From: Marsupella aquatica
Taxonomy: Eukaryota; Plantae; Marchantiophyta
Direction of reading: 5' to 3'
NCBI GenBank assembly: GCA_973895155.1
Contig: OZ316898.1
Coordinates: 4,278,480-4,342,479, forward strand
Length of the DNA: 64,000 nucleotides
The notes beneath the pieces are model-generated. The model was not told the DNA's origin, ran no database searches, and saw only the letters and a list, made by a program, of their open reading frames with translations. The position numbers and the translations under genes were made by a program. This document shows positions 14,853 to 26,341 of the stretch, piece after piece. The first letter of the stretch is position 1; every line of letters begins with the position of its first letter.

Positions 14853-15310
14853 GAAGGGTCAAACAAAGTACAATGAAGAATAGAAAACATCAAGGGAACC
14901 CAGAAAAGACAACATACAAAAGAGCCAATAGCCCACAGCATAAAGTCCTTGAGAAATCCTAAAATATGAACCCTCTCAAACTCTATAACAAACTGAACTA
15001 CAAGTGATTTTAAAATTTAAAAAAAATTGGGTTTGAAAGAAAATCAGAAGTTTGCTCCCTTAGAGTATAACCCTGTCCCAATTGCAGATTTAGTTACCAC
15101 ACTAGGGATTACCATTAGCTCTTGCCACTTTTGCATTAGATGTGTACCATTAGCTCATCACACTACTGGGATAGTAGCTCCTTTTCCCTTTTCCCATTGT
15201 TTCCTTTTCCTTGGTTTCTGGGGTTGCATTGCCTCTTCTTTAGTGTTATCTTTGTCCTATGTGGACCTCTTTGCTTTTCCTTCATTATACTTTGTTTGGC
15301 CCTTTTTGTT
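14853..15310. repeat. Two diverged copies of a dispersed repeat in inverted orientation; third copy near 16915-16985
   Basis: GAAGGGTCAAACAAAGTACAATGAAG (~14853) matches the reverse complement of CTTCATTATACTTTGTTTGGCCCTTT (~15280-15305). A similar CTCATTATACTTGGTTTTCCTCTTTTG lies at ~16955. Confidence 0.55.
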
Positions 15311-17279
15311 AAAAGTATGGTTTTGCGTTGAAGAAAATCAAATTTTAGTGATCTAGAGCAACTATAGGAAGTACCGATCTGTGCTGGGTATGCATTGATA
15401 CTTAGATAGTGTGCGGCCTACTTGCCAACACACTAAATATATATATATTCACAGAATAGGGTCTGAAGTGCCTCGTGAAGACCCAAGGGAATTTCCTTAG
15501 TTTATGCATAGCATAACTAATGGTCATATTCCCTACATTACTCATGCCCCATGCATAGGCTTCATTTTCAGTAGGCATTAAATCAACACCTGGCCATTTA
15601 TTCACCCCCTACAGCCAAAACACAAACCAAGACCTCCGGGTACTCACTTGTTTTCTTCCAACCACATGCACAAATTAAATAAGTATAGAGTTTTCATTAG
15701 GTTTAGCAGAAGACTTGTGATTTTTTTTGTGGAAATCAATGAAATTAGGTGTCTTTAAACCCAATTTTCAGCATTTTAACTAAAATTGGAGATTTCAGAA
15801 ACAGCATGGGAATATTCTAAGAATGTTCCAAAAATATGGGTTTAAACACTTTTAAAACTTTTCCTTTTTATTTTTTACGGTTTTCATTACTCAAAAATGT
15901 TGCACATGATATGAGATCCCCTTAGAGTGAGACCCCAAAGACCAAGACAAGGTGTTTGAAAGTCACAAACCAAGATTTTAAACGATTGACCGCCTTGGAG
16001 GCGTTGTTGCTTTCTATGGCACTTGTTGGTGCTGTTTTAAGTTCCCTTCCCGCGGGACTATTGCGGGTTTATTTCTAATATTATAAAAATCACCCTTTAA
16101 GGAAGATTTTAAACGATTGTGTGTGTTCTGGTCATCTGGTAGGTGTTACTTAACAACGAGTGACATTTTTCATGTGTAGGAGTGAGCTTGAATTTACATG
16201 GTTTTGAAAGAAGTATTGAGTGGAAACCTGGCAAGAGGGCACAAGCAGTTTGAGAATTGAATGGAAACCTAACTAAATAGGCTTCCAGTGCAAGCTTTCG
16301 TGACTCTTCACTGACTTTGAAGTCACCAATTAAAGCTTTTCAGGGATAAGCCTTGATGATGTTACTTTCCCAAGAAAATGGTAGTATAACTATATGTTAT
16401 GCTACGGTTGAACGAGCTCGAAAATTCGAATAAAATCTCCAAAACGCGTTCCGGGGACTGGGGGAGTGGGACTGTGGATGGTTGACGCCAAGCATCCTGA
16501 GAGCTCGATCAGCTTTCTGGATCCTAGACCAAGAGTCTGAGTCGGAACTATAAATGGTGCTTCCAAGCAATTCAGAAGCAAAGATGGAGGGGACTGAGGG
16601 GCGTCGTTGGAACATCCTGTACATTCTTCCAGGCGGGTAGGTTGACGAAAAGCATCTTGACTTTGGGAGTCCAACTGTGATGACCTTTCACAGTTAAAAC
16701 CAGAGGATCTAGCGAGACAATCATGTAGAAAAAATAAACAATGTCTTTATGCTGGGGACAAACATTGAACACCATAAGCATGATTCCATGAAGTTTGACA
16801 TTGAGCATGTCGAGAGTTGAAAGCGGCGATCTCTGACTCACCATGAGGTGATCTAACTAGTGGAGTGGTAGTAAAAATTCTCTTTTTTTTTTTTTTTTTA
16901 GTTGCATTTATAATTTTTCTTGTTTTTCCTCTTTGGACTTCTTTTGCTTTCACCTCATTATACTTGGTTTTCCTCTTTTGTATAAATTATGGCTCCTGTT
17001 TATTTAAACTCAGTTCCCCTTTGTAAAGGAAATAGATGATGGACGAGATGAGAAGGATGTCTTGGACTTTTGGGCGTTACACTACTTCAGCCGGCCTATT
17101 CTAATATAACGTTTCTTAGGACAGTATGCTGAAACACGTTACTTTCAGGTTTTAGCTTTTGCAGAACTCAAGAGACTTCTATGTAACTTTTGACAACATC
17201 ACCATAGAATAATGGCCCATGATGCATAAATTCCCTTATCAACAAATATCATCATTTGCTATATATATCCCCTGTTGGT

Positions 17280-17680
17280 AATCACACATCAATGTACATG
17301 TGGCTGCATTCATTGATTGGAAAAAAAAAACTAGGGTTATCAGGGTTGCATAGATGTCATACATTGTATATGTCATATTTTGATGTGCAGTTATATATAG
17401 AGCCAACTGTCACACTCTCTGCTGATTTCATTAACAGCTTTCAGCCAGAATCTTGAGAGGCTTGTTCCTAAATCTTTGAGAACCCTATCTTAATCACACA
17501 TCAATGTGGTAACATAAGGTGTGCATTCATTAGTTTAACAAAATTAAGAGATTTATCATGGTATGGAGTGATGTACATCTTGTATGTCATATTTTGATGT
17601 GCACTCACCATGACCATGTCACGAGGACTCTTTTGGGAGGACCCTTTTGAGAGGCTGGTTCCCAAATCTTGAAAAGTTTC
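17280..17680. repeat. Diverged ~212-bp tandem duplication with an inverted dispersed copy at ~22940-23056
   Basis: AATCACACATCAATGT at 17280 and 17492; TGTCATATTTTGATGTGCA twice; reverse complement TGCACATCAAAATATGA at 22941. Confidence 0.7.
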
Positions 17681-19627
17681 TTTTTGTTCAAAATATAACA
17701 CTTGCAAACATTCTTTCTTTTTGGCTTTTAGAACCCTCCTTTATATAAATAAACATAAAATAAGACGGTTTTAAGATAAAACAGAAGCCCAGCGATTCTT
17801 TCTTGGCAAACGAGGAGACTCCTTTGTATGTGACAATTCAAATATATACGGAGTAGCAGCTATCATGCACGTAAAGTGGCCCCAGTCAAATTCTGGCAGC
17901 TTCTTCTATATGAGGAGTGTCAATGGATTCGATGCCGCCACTGGGTATGCAGCAGAAAGTTAGCCAAAAGGAAGGAAGGGTAGCTATAATTTCCTCTTCC
18001 CACAATTTTAGGGCAATTAGCCTTAGCCTAGTCTCTCTTTCTTTTCGTTACCTGGCCTTGTGGTTTAAGCTTCCAATGGCAGACGAGGACATGCGTGAGT
18101 GACTCTCTCTTTGTTTCAGTTATGGTGGCTTTTTGCTGTAGGGATCATAGCTACGGTGCTATAGCTTGGTTTTGAACGCGGTTTTAGACGTTTAGGGTTT
18201 AGACCTGCAAAGAACCGGCAGTCCCCCGATCCATGCACCGTCTCTGAAACCCAGCTACTGGGCTGTAATTAATTCTTCATCAGCCTGCTGGCTGGCTGTC
18301 TGTCTGTCTGTCCCATCGAATCCATAACTCGCCGGCACGAGACGACTATAGATAACACAGAAGGAACAAGGAACGGGCTGGGTTAATGAAAATTACTCTA
18401 AGTGCAACTCATCAGATATCTTACGATACACTTACCCATCACAGATGCATCAGAGGACTGTACGTGCTATCTCGGGTACAACAAAAGTCTCGGGGGAAGT
18501 CTATGGTAGTGAGTCGGATTCGTTGCAAATGGCGAACTCTCTTAGTTGGAATCCCGGTTGGAATCCTGCATCATCTCATCGATAACGTGTTCTAGGCAGA
18601 CAAAACTTTTCTGTCAGCGTCTCCACTTTGGACGAAAGGTCTACATGATTGTGTTTCTGAACTCCCAAAGTTTAGACCCTCACTCCCTACGGTAGACTCT
18701 GGCGCACATCAACTTACGGTGTGAGGTGCAGTATTTCAAGTGAACCCCCATTTGAATTCTACATGATCTTTCAATTTCCTTATATTGTCTATGTACAGAA
18801 TCTGACTCCGTATTACTGTTGCAATTGATCTCATCATCTCGTACCAGGTCACCACCTATGACGGATGAGCAGATGCATGTGATTGAACTCTAGCTAACTA
18901 ATGATTCTCTCTGGTGTCACGTCTCGATCGGTGCTTGAGGTCACCGTGTCCCTCGATCATATTACACTCCCGGATTACACTCATTGATCAAAATTAACTA
19001 TTTCATTCATTCTACCCCAGATCTCTAGCATTAGTTGGAAACTTATATCTGTTCTCGCGAACATGTTTCAGAGTGGAAACACGATTTGTCTTAATGTTCT
19101 CACAGTTCTTCTATTTGCAATTATAAATGTTGTCGTTCTGGCTGTTCAGATGTCAGACGGTGTTATATCTCAGCTGATGTGAACCTCTCAGTCTCATCTT
19201 GTCTGTCCCCGTCTCGTGACGCTCATCATTGCATTTTCAGTAGCTTATCTGATCAAAATCTCTGTTTCTGTTTCTGATTCTTTTTCTGTTTTTCTCTTGA
19301 GCGGAAACTTGACTGAAATTAAAAGAGACAACCAAGAGATCCAAATAAATTTTCTTTCATGTCTCCCCTGAGCAGCTTTATCTGACAGGAGCTCAACTAC
19401 TTTACCTGTTGCGAGGGCCTGTACAGATGTTCAGTAACAGACGACTGCAGCACTTTTGTTTACATACTGAAAACAATACAATTCAAATATAAAAAATACA
19501 AGCTGGATATAGTCTTGTAACAGCGTCTTTGAATCTTCTTCATTCAATGTAGAGATCAATCAATGGCAGAAAATAATTGTCAGAGATTGTCCACAATTAC
19601 CGTAATTATTGGCGCCGACCTTTCTGT

Positions 19628-19671
19628 GACTACAGAGGTGACTACAGAGGCGACTACAGAGGCGACTACAG
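19628..19671. repeat. 12-bp minisatellite x3.7
   Basis: GACTACAGAGG(T/C) units. Confidence 0.9.
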
Positions 19672-20851
19672 CAGGATCATGGCCCTCCTGCACAGGCATA
19701 CAGTATTCGCTCCTGTTAGACTCATGTCGGACTTTCTTCTCCTTGTGTACTACTATTTCATAATTTCACCGCCCTTCTCCACTCGTTTTCCTGTGACTCA
19801 CCCAGGTTTCACTCTTTGCATGTCTGTACCTTGTGTTTCTCCGAGTTACCAATGGTCTTCTCTCCCATTCATCGGTATAGAGCTTACTTTAATTTCCTTC
19901 ATATTCTACAATCTGGTCGGCATGCACACCAGCATGGCTGGGAGACGGAGGATCTCATGCCAGGACGGATCTTTCAGTACCATGCTGTAAAAGTGCTCAA
20001 ATAAAGAAGAGTATTTCAGATGATAGTTTCCTCAAGCGTCCATTTGCAGAAGAACGGCAAGGATCCTCTGGACCAACGCTGTTCTCTAAGTATTTCACGC
20101 TGACCAACCAAGTAGGTTACAGGCCCTAGAGGGCGGACGGTGCAAACCAGTCTCAACGTACTTCAGCAACATATATCTTCTGAGGTTCTGGATGTACACC
20201 CTGGTGTAACGTGAAGAAAACTGATCAATTCTTCGTAGGTGTTTGATCGCCTTCGTTATGGTGTCAATTAAACGTAAATGATGAGTCAAAGTCACGAGCC
20301 TAGAAGCTTGCCTAGTCGACTAGCAAACTAATTCCAAACTATTTACTACCAAAATCATGATTCATAATTTTGGCCATAAAGAGTGATTTTATGCCATGAC
20401 CACAAGTCACTGGAGACTGTCGGGGAAGAAAATTAGAGAAAGTTTATACACATTAATCCTGTGAGAATTATGAGAAATGCTACTGACATTTCTTTATGGC
20501 CAAAAGCCAAAAGCCATCACCGGTACCAATGAGGCTTTTGAGACTCTCTAATGGCATATAATGACCACTAAATGTAAGGCTAATAATCATCCCCATTGTT
20601 TGGTTCTTGTCCTGGCTGGCTTTTTGCTTTGGCTCAATCAATATATTGTTTTGCTGTGAAACAAAATATGCTGTTAAAATTCCCCAGCCAGGCTGATGAC
20701 AAATTAATGCCTCCCAAATTCTTGTGTGACTAGTCTCAGAAAACACCCTCCCTTATTGCAAAATTCAAAGCTTGGTCGGGGCTCACTTCCACACAGCCCG
20801 TCATGTGCCAAAGAGCATAGTGTTTTTTTATTTAAATGTGAAATAATAAAA

Positions 20852-21642
20852 TTAGTTCGTGGACCCCTTGGGTAATAAAATCAGGGGGAAGAGTCGATCT
20901 GAGCCGTCTCCATTTCTTATCTCCGGAAATCTTGTCCGTCCATCATAATGGCCAATCTATGGCTCAAAAGAAAGATCTCAAATAGATCTATGGATGGGTT
21001 CTGTCCGTTTTGCAAATGGGTTAATATTTTTCAAATGAAAAATTAAACAAATCCAAGCCTTCCTAGCCGTCGATTTTGTTGATTTTACGATCTTTGCCGT
21101 CCATTTTGTAATGCCTCTAGAAATCTTATTCATCCATGTTAGAAGGCAATCTAGGGTGCAAAAGAAAGATCTCAATGAGATCTATGACTGGGTATTTTTT
21201 GTTTTGAGAATGAGTAAATAATTTTGAGTATAAAATTTGATGAAATTTCAAGATTCCAGCCATTCCTCCTCCCCGATCCTGGGTTTCTATGTGCTCTTCC
21301 CATCATTAATGGCCGTAGAATACGAGAGGTCCTTACATACCGGGAGTTGCGGTTTAACAAGAAAGTTATCAAGTTAGTTATTAGTCATTATTTATTATAT
21401 GAAAAATATTTTTTATAAATCTTTGAATTTAAGTTTTAAAATTGGAAATGTAACTAAAACGGTTACATAGTGACAATTTTAACCGTCTTGCTCTTTGTAT
21501 TTACACCCAAATTGACACAAACACGAATGAAAACTATAAGTTTGATTCTAAAAACCGACAAGTCTTGTTTGTTGCGGTTGTTGTTGACGTGGCACGCTGT
21601 GGTGCCAGGAATTTTGGAAGGGACCTCTAGTGGGGTCCGTAA
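20852..21642. mobile_element. Non-autonomous dispersed element, copy A (~790 bp)
   Basis: High-identity direct copy of 62426-63260 with sharp shared boundaries TTAGTTCGTGGACCCC...GGACCTCTAGTGGGGTCCGTAA. It lacks ~44 bp present in copy B. Confidence 0.85.
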
Positions 21643-22101
21643 AAAATGTTAAAAATCAGTCTAGGGTAGTGTAAAGAAAACAAAATTGTCAAATGTCATA
21701 ATATGATTGGCTTGACCCTATCTTGGAAGAAGTAATAAATGCCACAAAAGGATGCATATTGGGGTGCATATATTAAACCATACATGGTCATTTTGCAGTC
21801 CTCTATTGCTCCCGTACAGCTATAGTTTGACACACATGAGCTTTATTCATGTAAGTTTAAATAGTGTTTTGACATGCCCTATTTGTCTACGCACCCTCAC
21901 TCTTGGGTTGTGGTAAGTGCACATCCAAAAGCAGCAGCAATATCAAGAGAATGAACAACATATCAAGAGAATTAATCCGTGGACCCCGTGTTATTTTAGA
22001 GACAGTTATCTAGAAACTGAAGCCCAAATGGACCTCCAAGTCTAAAGAAAAAAATTCAAAAATGGACAAGTCTATGTTTGACACTTGAACATTTGCTAGA
22101 C

Positions 22102-22243
22102 TTTTTTTTTTCTTTTTTCAAAGGAGAAATCTGTGACACCCCACAGAAAGGGAAGAGTCAGCCACAAAAGTTGGAGTTGGAAAGAGTCAGCCACAACAGT
22201 TGAACCCAAGACCTATCAGTCTCTACTCAAATGAGCTACCACA
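22102..22243 (-). mobile_element. tRNA-derived SINE-like element with poly(A) tail
   Basis: Minus strand has TGGTAGCTCATTTGAGTAGAG (A-box-like), GGTTCAACTG (B-box-like) and ends in an A-rich tail. A related copy lies at 115-202. Confidence 0.55.
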
Positions 22244-23121
22244 AAGTAATGCCTCTCTAGGCTAACAGTTACCAAATTTACCGAGGCAACCATAATTAAC
22301 ATGAATCACAAAACCAGCTGCAGTGTGAACTACTGTTTAATGTTGGGTAGCTAATTGCCCACTTCAGCAAAATGGTGTTTGACGGTTTCCTCCACGGTAC
22401 CGAAAGGATGTCAGATGCACTGAAGTTGCATCAAAAGTAATCACTTTTCAATTCCTACACGCAGAGAGACAAAGAGAGAGAAGCCGTTGGTGTCATCAAA
22501 TCACTAACTTCGCAGAATTGTTTTAGACAAAACGTTCATGGAAACATATCTCCAATTGTAGAATTCGAAATTGATCGAAAGCTAGAGAAATTTAGAAACT
22601 CATGACCACCTTAATTAGTACTTGATAAAATCTCCCAATGTCAACGTATCATACGTAATGAACAACACTTAGTGACATCAAAGAACAAGTGGGTTTAGTG
22701 TGGTGTGGCAAATCCATTCAACATGTGTGCACCTTCCATGTAGCACAGTACCCCATATGCTGCTGCTTAATTATTTTGGATGTGCAATAATTACAGGTCT
22801 CATCCAGGTTCACTTCTTGCAGGCTAATAACCCAATCCCACTATAGCTGATTGATCCATGTCTGCTCAGGTCTATCCCAGCCCTACTTGCCCCCACTTGC
22901 CCCTTGGACTAAACCCTGAGGGTGGTGGGGTCCCAGTAATTGCACATCAAAATATGATGTATAGAGTGTACTACATCCCTTCATACCATGATGAATCTTG
23001 TTATTTCTTTAAATCATTGAGAACACAGCCCATATTATCACAATTTGATGTGTGAATACCCAAAGGGTCAGGGTGGTGTCCTTGTGGGCTCATAACAGGT
23101 GGGTTTGGACATTACTGTCAT

Positions 23122-23401
23122 GAATGGAGTAACAACTTTTGGACTAATTAAACCCCTCAGGTGGACGTCCTTAAAGCCAATAACACCATGGTTTTGGCAC
23201 GTTACTACACAAGACTCGCCAGTATGAAGTAACAACTTTTAGGCTAATACTCTCAAGTGTGGAGTAACAACTTTTAGGTTAAAAACTCTCAAGTATGAAG
23301 TAACAACTTTTAGGTTAAAACCCTCTCACTCAGGTTCGTGCACATAACACCTTGGTCGCACGTCAGCGTACTCTCTATAACTTGTATGAAGCAACAACTT
23401 T
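23122..23401. repeat. Cluster of ~35-bp repeats (core GTATGAAGTAACAACTTTT x5)
   Basis: Three tandem units at 23221-23330 plus spaced copies at ~23122 and ~23384. Confidence 0.8.
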
Positions 23402-26341
23402 GACAGAGGTACGAAGCAGCGATGGTCGACCTTAGATGGGCTCATTAATGGCAACTAGAGGAGACGTGCAAGAAATCACGCCTGCCTACCACTACTGAAG
23501 ATTCCCACAGCAGCAGCAGCTTGAGTCAAGATCGAGATGGTTCTGATGAGGAAATGATGAATCGATGACTTGGACTCTTCAGTCAGTCGAACGAATGTTT
23601 CGCTTGCAAGCTGTCGAAGTGTGCGTCCATCCCGAGGTCATTCAACAGTCAGTCGCTGCTCTCGGATTACTCGATCGAGGAAAGCTAGGCATCCAAGTAA
23701 GTTAGCGTCACAGTCGATCTGTGACTTTCTCAGGTGACGGTTCTGTTTGTTTGTTCAATGTTTCATGTTGTTGGCCAACTACAACTCCTCTGTCCTCACA
23801 TGACACATGGAGTTCATTCCGTTTTAGTTGTCGTCGGTCCCTGCCACCTTTTTCCGTTTGGTGCTTTGACCCACGAGGAAATCCTTTCCCTATCCCCCGG
23901 ACCGAGCAAGACTCTTGCTACTGCACATTTGCAGTCCGTGATTCGTCCTGCAACTTATTCGCCATCCGAAGAAAGGGGAGAGAGCTCTAGCGAGAAAACG
24001 AATTCTCTTACTTTTCGATTTCAATAATTTATCCATTTAGCTTGAAACTTAAGAATAATATGACGGACCACTTAAATTTAAACAAAGACACGAGGATCGT
24101 ACAATAAATATGCATGAATCCTTCGGGCATGGGCAGAATGATGCCTTCATGAAAAAGAAAATGATTCTGTAGTTTTGTAAATTCTCTCATATCTAAAGCT
24201 AGATCTGCATAATAAGTAAAGCTAATGTAGGCCTAAATGATGGAGCCCAGCAATGAAGGAGAACCCAGCAAGGCAGGCAGCAAGGTTAGTGGAGAAGTAC
24301 TCAACAAGTTAGTGTACCAGATGCTAACTCGTTCTGTACTTCCCATTGTCAGATATATGTCAGAAGTTACGAAACAGAATTGTTTATGGGTAAACAGTTA
24401 TGTCTGCTTAATTCTCCTACTCATTGAATTCTTTTGATTTTTGAGTTTTGGTGATACGGAATATATTGAATATTGAACATATATAACAAGCAATTGACAA
24501 AACAAAGTTCCTTGAGCGGTAGTCATTAGCTGCTGCAGTACTAGCCTAGACTTCTGACTTGATTACCACACCAGCACATGATTGCCCTTGCCGGGATATA
24601 AGCTAGCCCAAGACTTAGCTGGGTTGCCACAGAAAAACTAGCTGGTACGTAGCGTGAGATACATAGCTGTGCATGCTCCCCTAATTGGCCACATTCCCTG
24701 ATGATCAGCCAGGATTAACGGTCCGTGCATGCTTCCATGAAGAGGTTTGTACTCGTTAATCACAATGTCAAATCATCCGCAGGATGTTTGCAAAATCAGC
24801 GACCCCTCGTTGAGAAATTCACCGGGAGCTGTGCTGATTGGATCCTTCTCCACAAGCAAAGGTCTTAGCTGACTCGGAGGCGTACTTATGCTTTTACTTT
24901 TTCATGGTGAATTTATAGTTGTCCTGACCAAAGCTGTCAGCTACCAACGTTTTCGCATTGGATTGTGTGAGATGGAGAGCCCGGCCTGCAAAAGCTGCTG
25001 CAGCTATGGTTTGACCGCAATATTGAGTTTTGGAACCATTTTATTGCAAGTGACTGACTCTGTGCAGACCTGGATACTACAGTAGAAGTACTTGTCTCCC
25101 GGCCTGCTAATCTGCACAGAGCCCACCAGCCTGGCTGCCTGGATGCAGAGATGGACACTGTAGCTGATTGGTAAGGGTCGGAATTAATCGGACTGGAAGC
25201 TTACTGTACTGTTGGTACCCTGCAAGGTCAATCTCACACGAGGCAACCGTATGACCGAGATGGAAGGATAGACTGAGCCACAGCCATGATTCGTACTTGA
25301 TTGAACCCTGCAACGATATACTGTAGCTGAGAGTGAATCATAAAACCCTTCAGAAAATCTGGTCCGGAATGGGCTTCACAGGTACCGTACTGCGCTCGAT
25401 TCTTTGCATGGCACTGTCAGGAACTACCCATGTGCTTCTCGCTGGAAACATTGCGCGATACAATTATGCTCCCCTGCTGCTCGCTTGCTGGGATTTGAGT
25501 GGTCCCAAATAGCGTTGCCAAAACAATTCGTAGTGCAGCCGCTCAGAGTAGCAAATCTTTAAATGCATAGGATTCAAGGTGGACGAAAGTGGTGGCCTAC
25601 AATGACGTGAACCAAAAACTTGTTTAGACAGGATTGGTGCAAGTTCGTTCGGAGATGTCACGCCCTTAACACTACTGTATGTTTCCCGAGTTATGTGAGA
25701 AAGAAATTGGCCCGCCCTTCCCGTCTTGTCTTGGAAATGCCTGCTCAGGTTGTTATCTATGCTGGTCGTTGAGTCCAACATTGACTAAAAATGTTCCTCT
25801 CGTTGAGTCTAGTATTGACTAGAAATGTTTCCTCAAGGTGGACATAGTGACCTGATAATAATACACTTCTGCAGTAGTCAATTGATGGGTCCGTACTCAA
25901 GGTAAAGATGGCAAATGACCTTCCAGGGCAAGTGATCTGCTTACAGGTGAACACAGATAATTCACTGATCATTTTTTTCCTTCCTATCTCCTACCCTCAT
26001 CCCTATTCTTCAAGGCGATAAAAAAATGGCTACCTTACCTGAGTGAGGTCCATTACTTCACGGCAATTTCTTAGAAGTGTGGCGAAAAGAAATTAATAAA
26101 ATATTCGCAATTAATTATTTTGTGATGCAGAATTTAGTATCAAAAACCTTCACAGGATTACACTACGTATGATACAGGACAGAAAGCAAAGAGTGGGGGG
26201 ATATCTTTCGCAGATCGCACCCTCAGCTTTCATGTTGACATTTGAAGGGATCAAGTAATTCATGTTCTCCTTATGAAAGGCCTGGACTGAAATGGAAAAT
26301 TTACACAACCAGGCTTGGGGGACGCAGGAGCTGTCTACTGA

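Noticed and set aside
16397-18092. Possible minus-strand gene (ORFs 16397-16844; ATG 18092 with a GTAACG donor)
   Set aside because: The obvious splice gives a stop after ~31 aa and I recognise no homology.
20852-21642. Canonical Helitron or PIF/Harbinger MITE assignment
   Set aside because: There is no 5' TC start, CTRR is not shared by all members, and the flanking TTA/TAA are inverted and shared among copies rather than forming a direct TSD.
23122-23401. Spaced repeats superficially like a CRISPR array
   Set aside because: The context is eukaryotic, the core units are tandem with non-unique intervening sequence, spacing is irregular and there are no cas genes.
4200-26000. Conserved miRNA or tRNA genes in the gene-poor stretch
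   Set aside because: By eye I found no match to the conserved plant miRNAs I recall, no long clean hairpin and no full cloverleaf. A computational scan could still find some.
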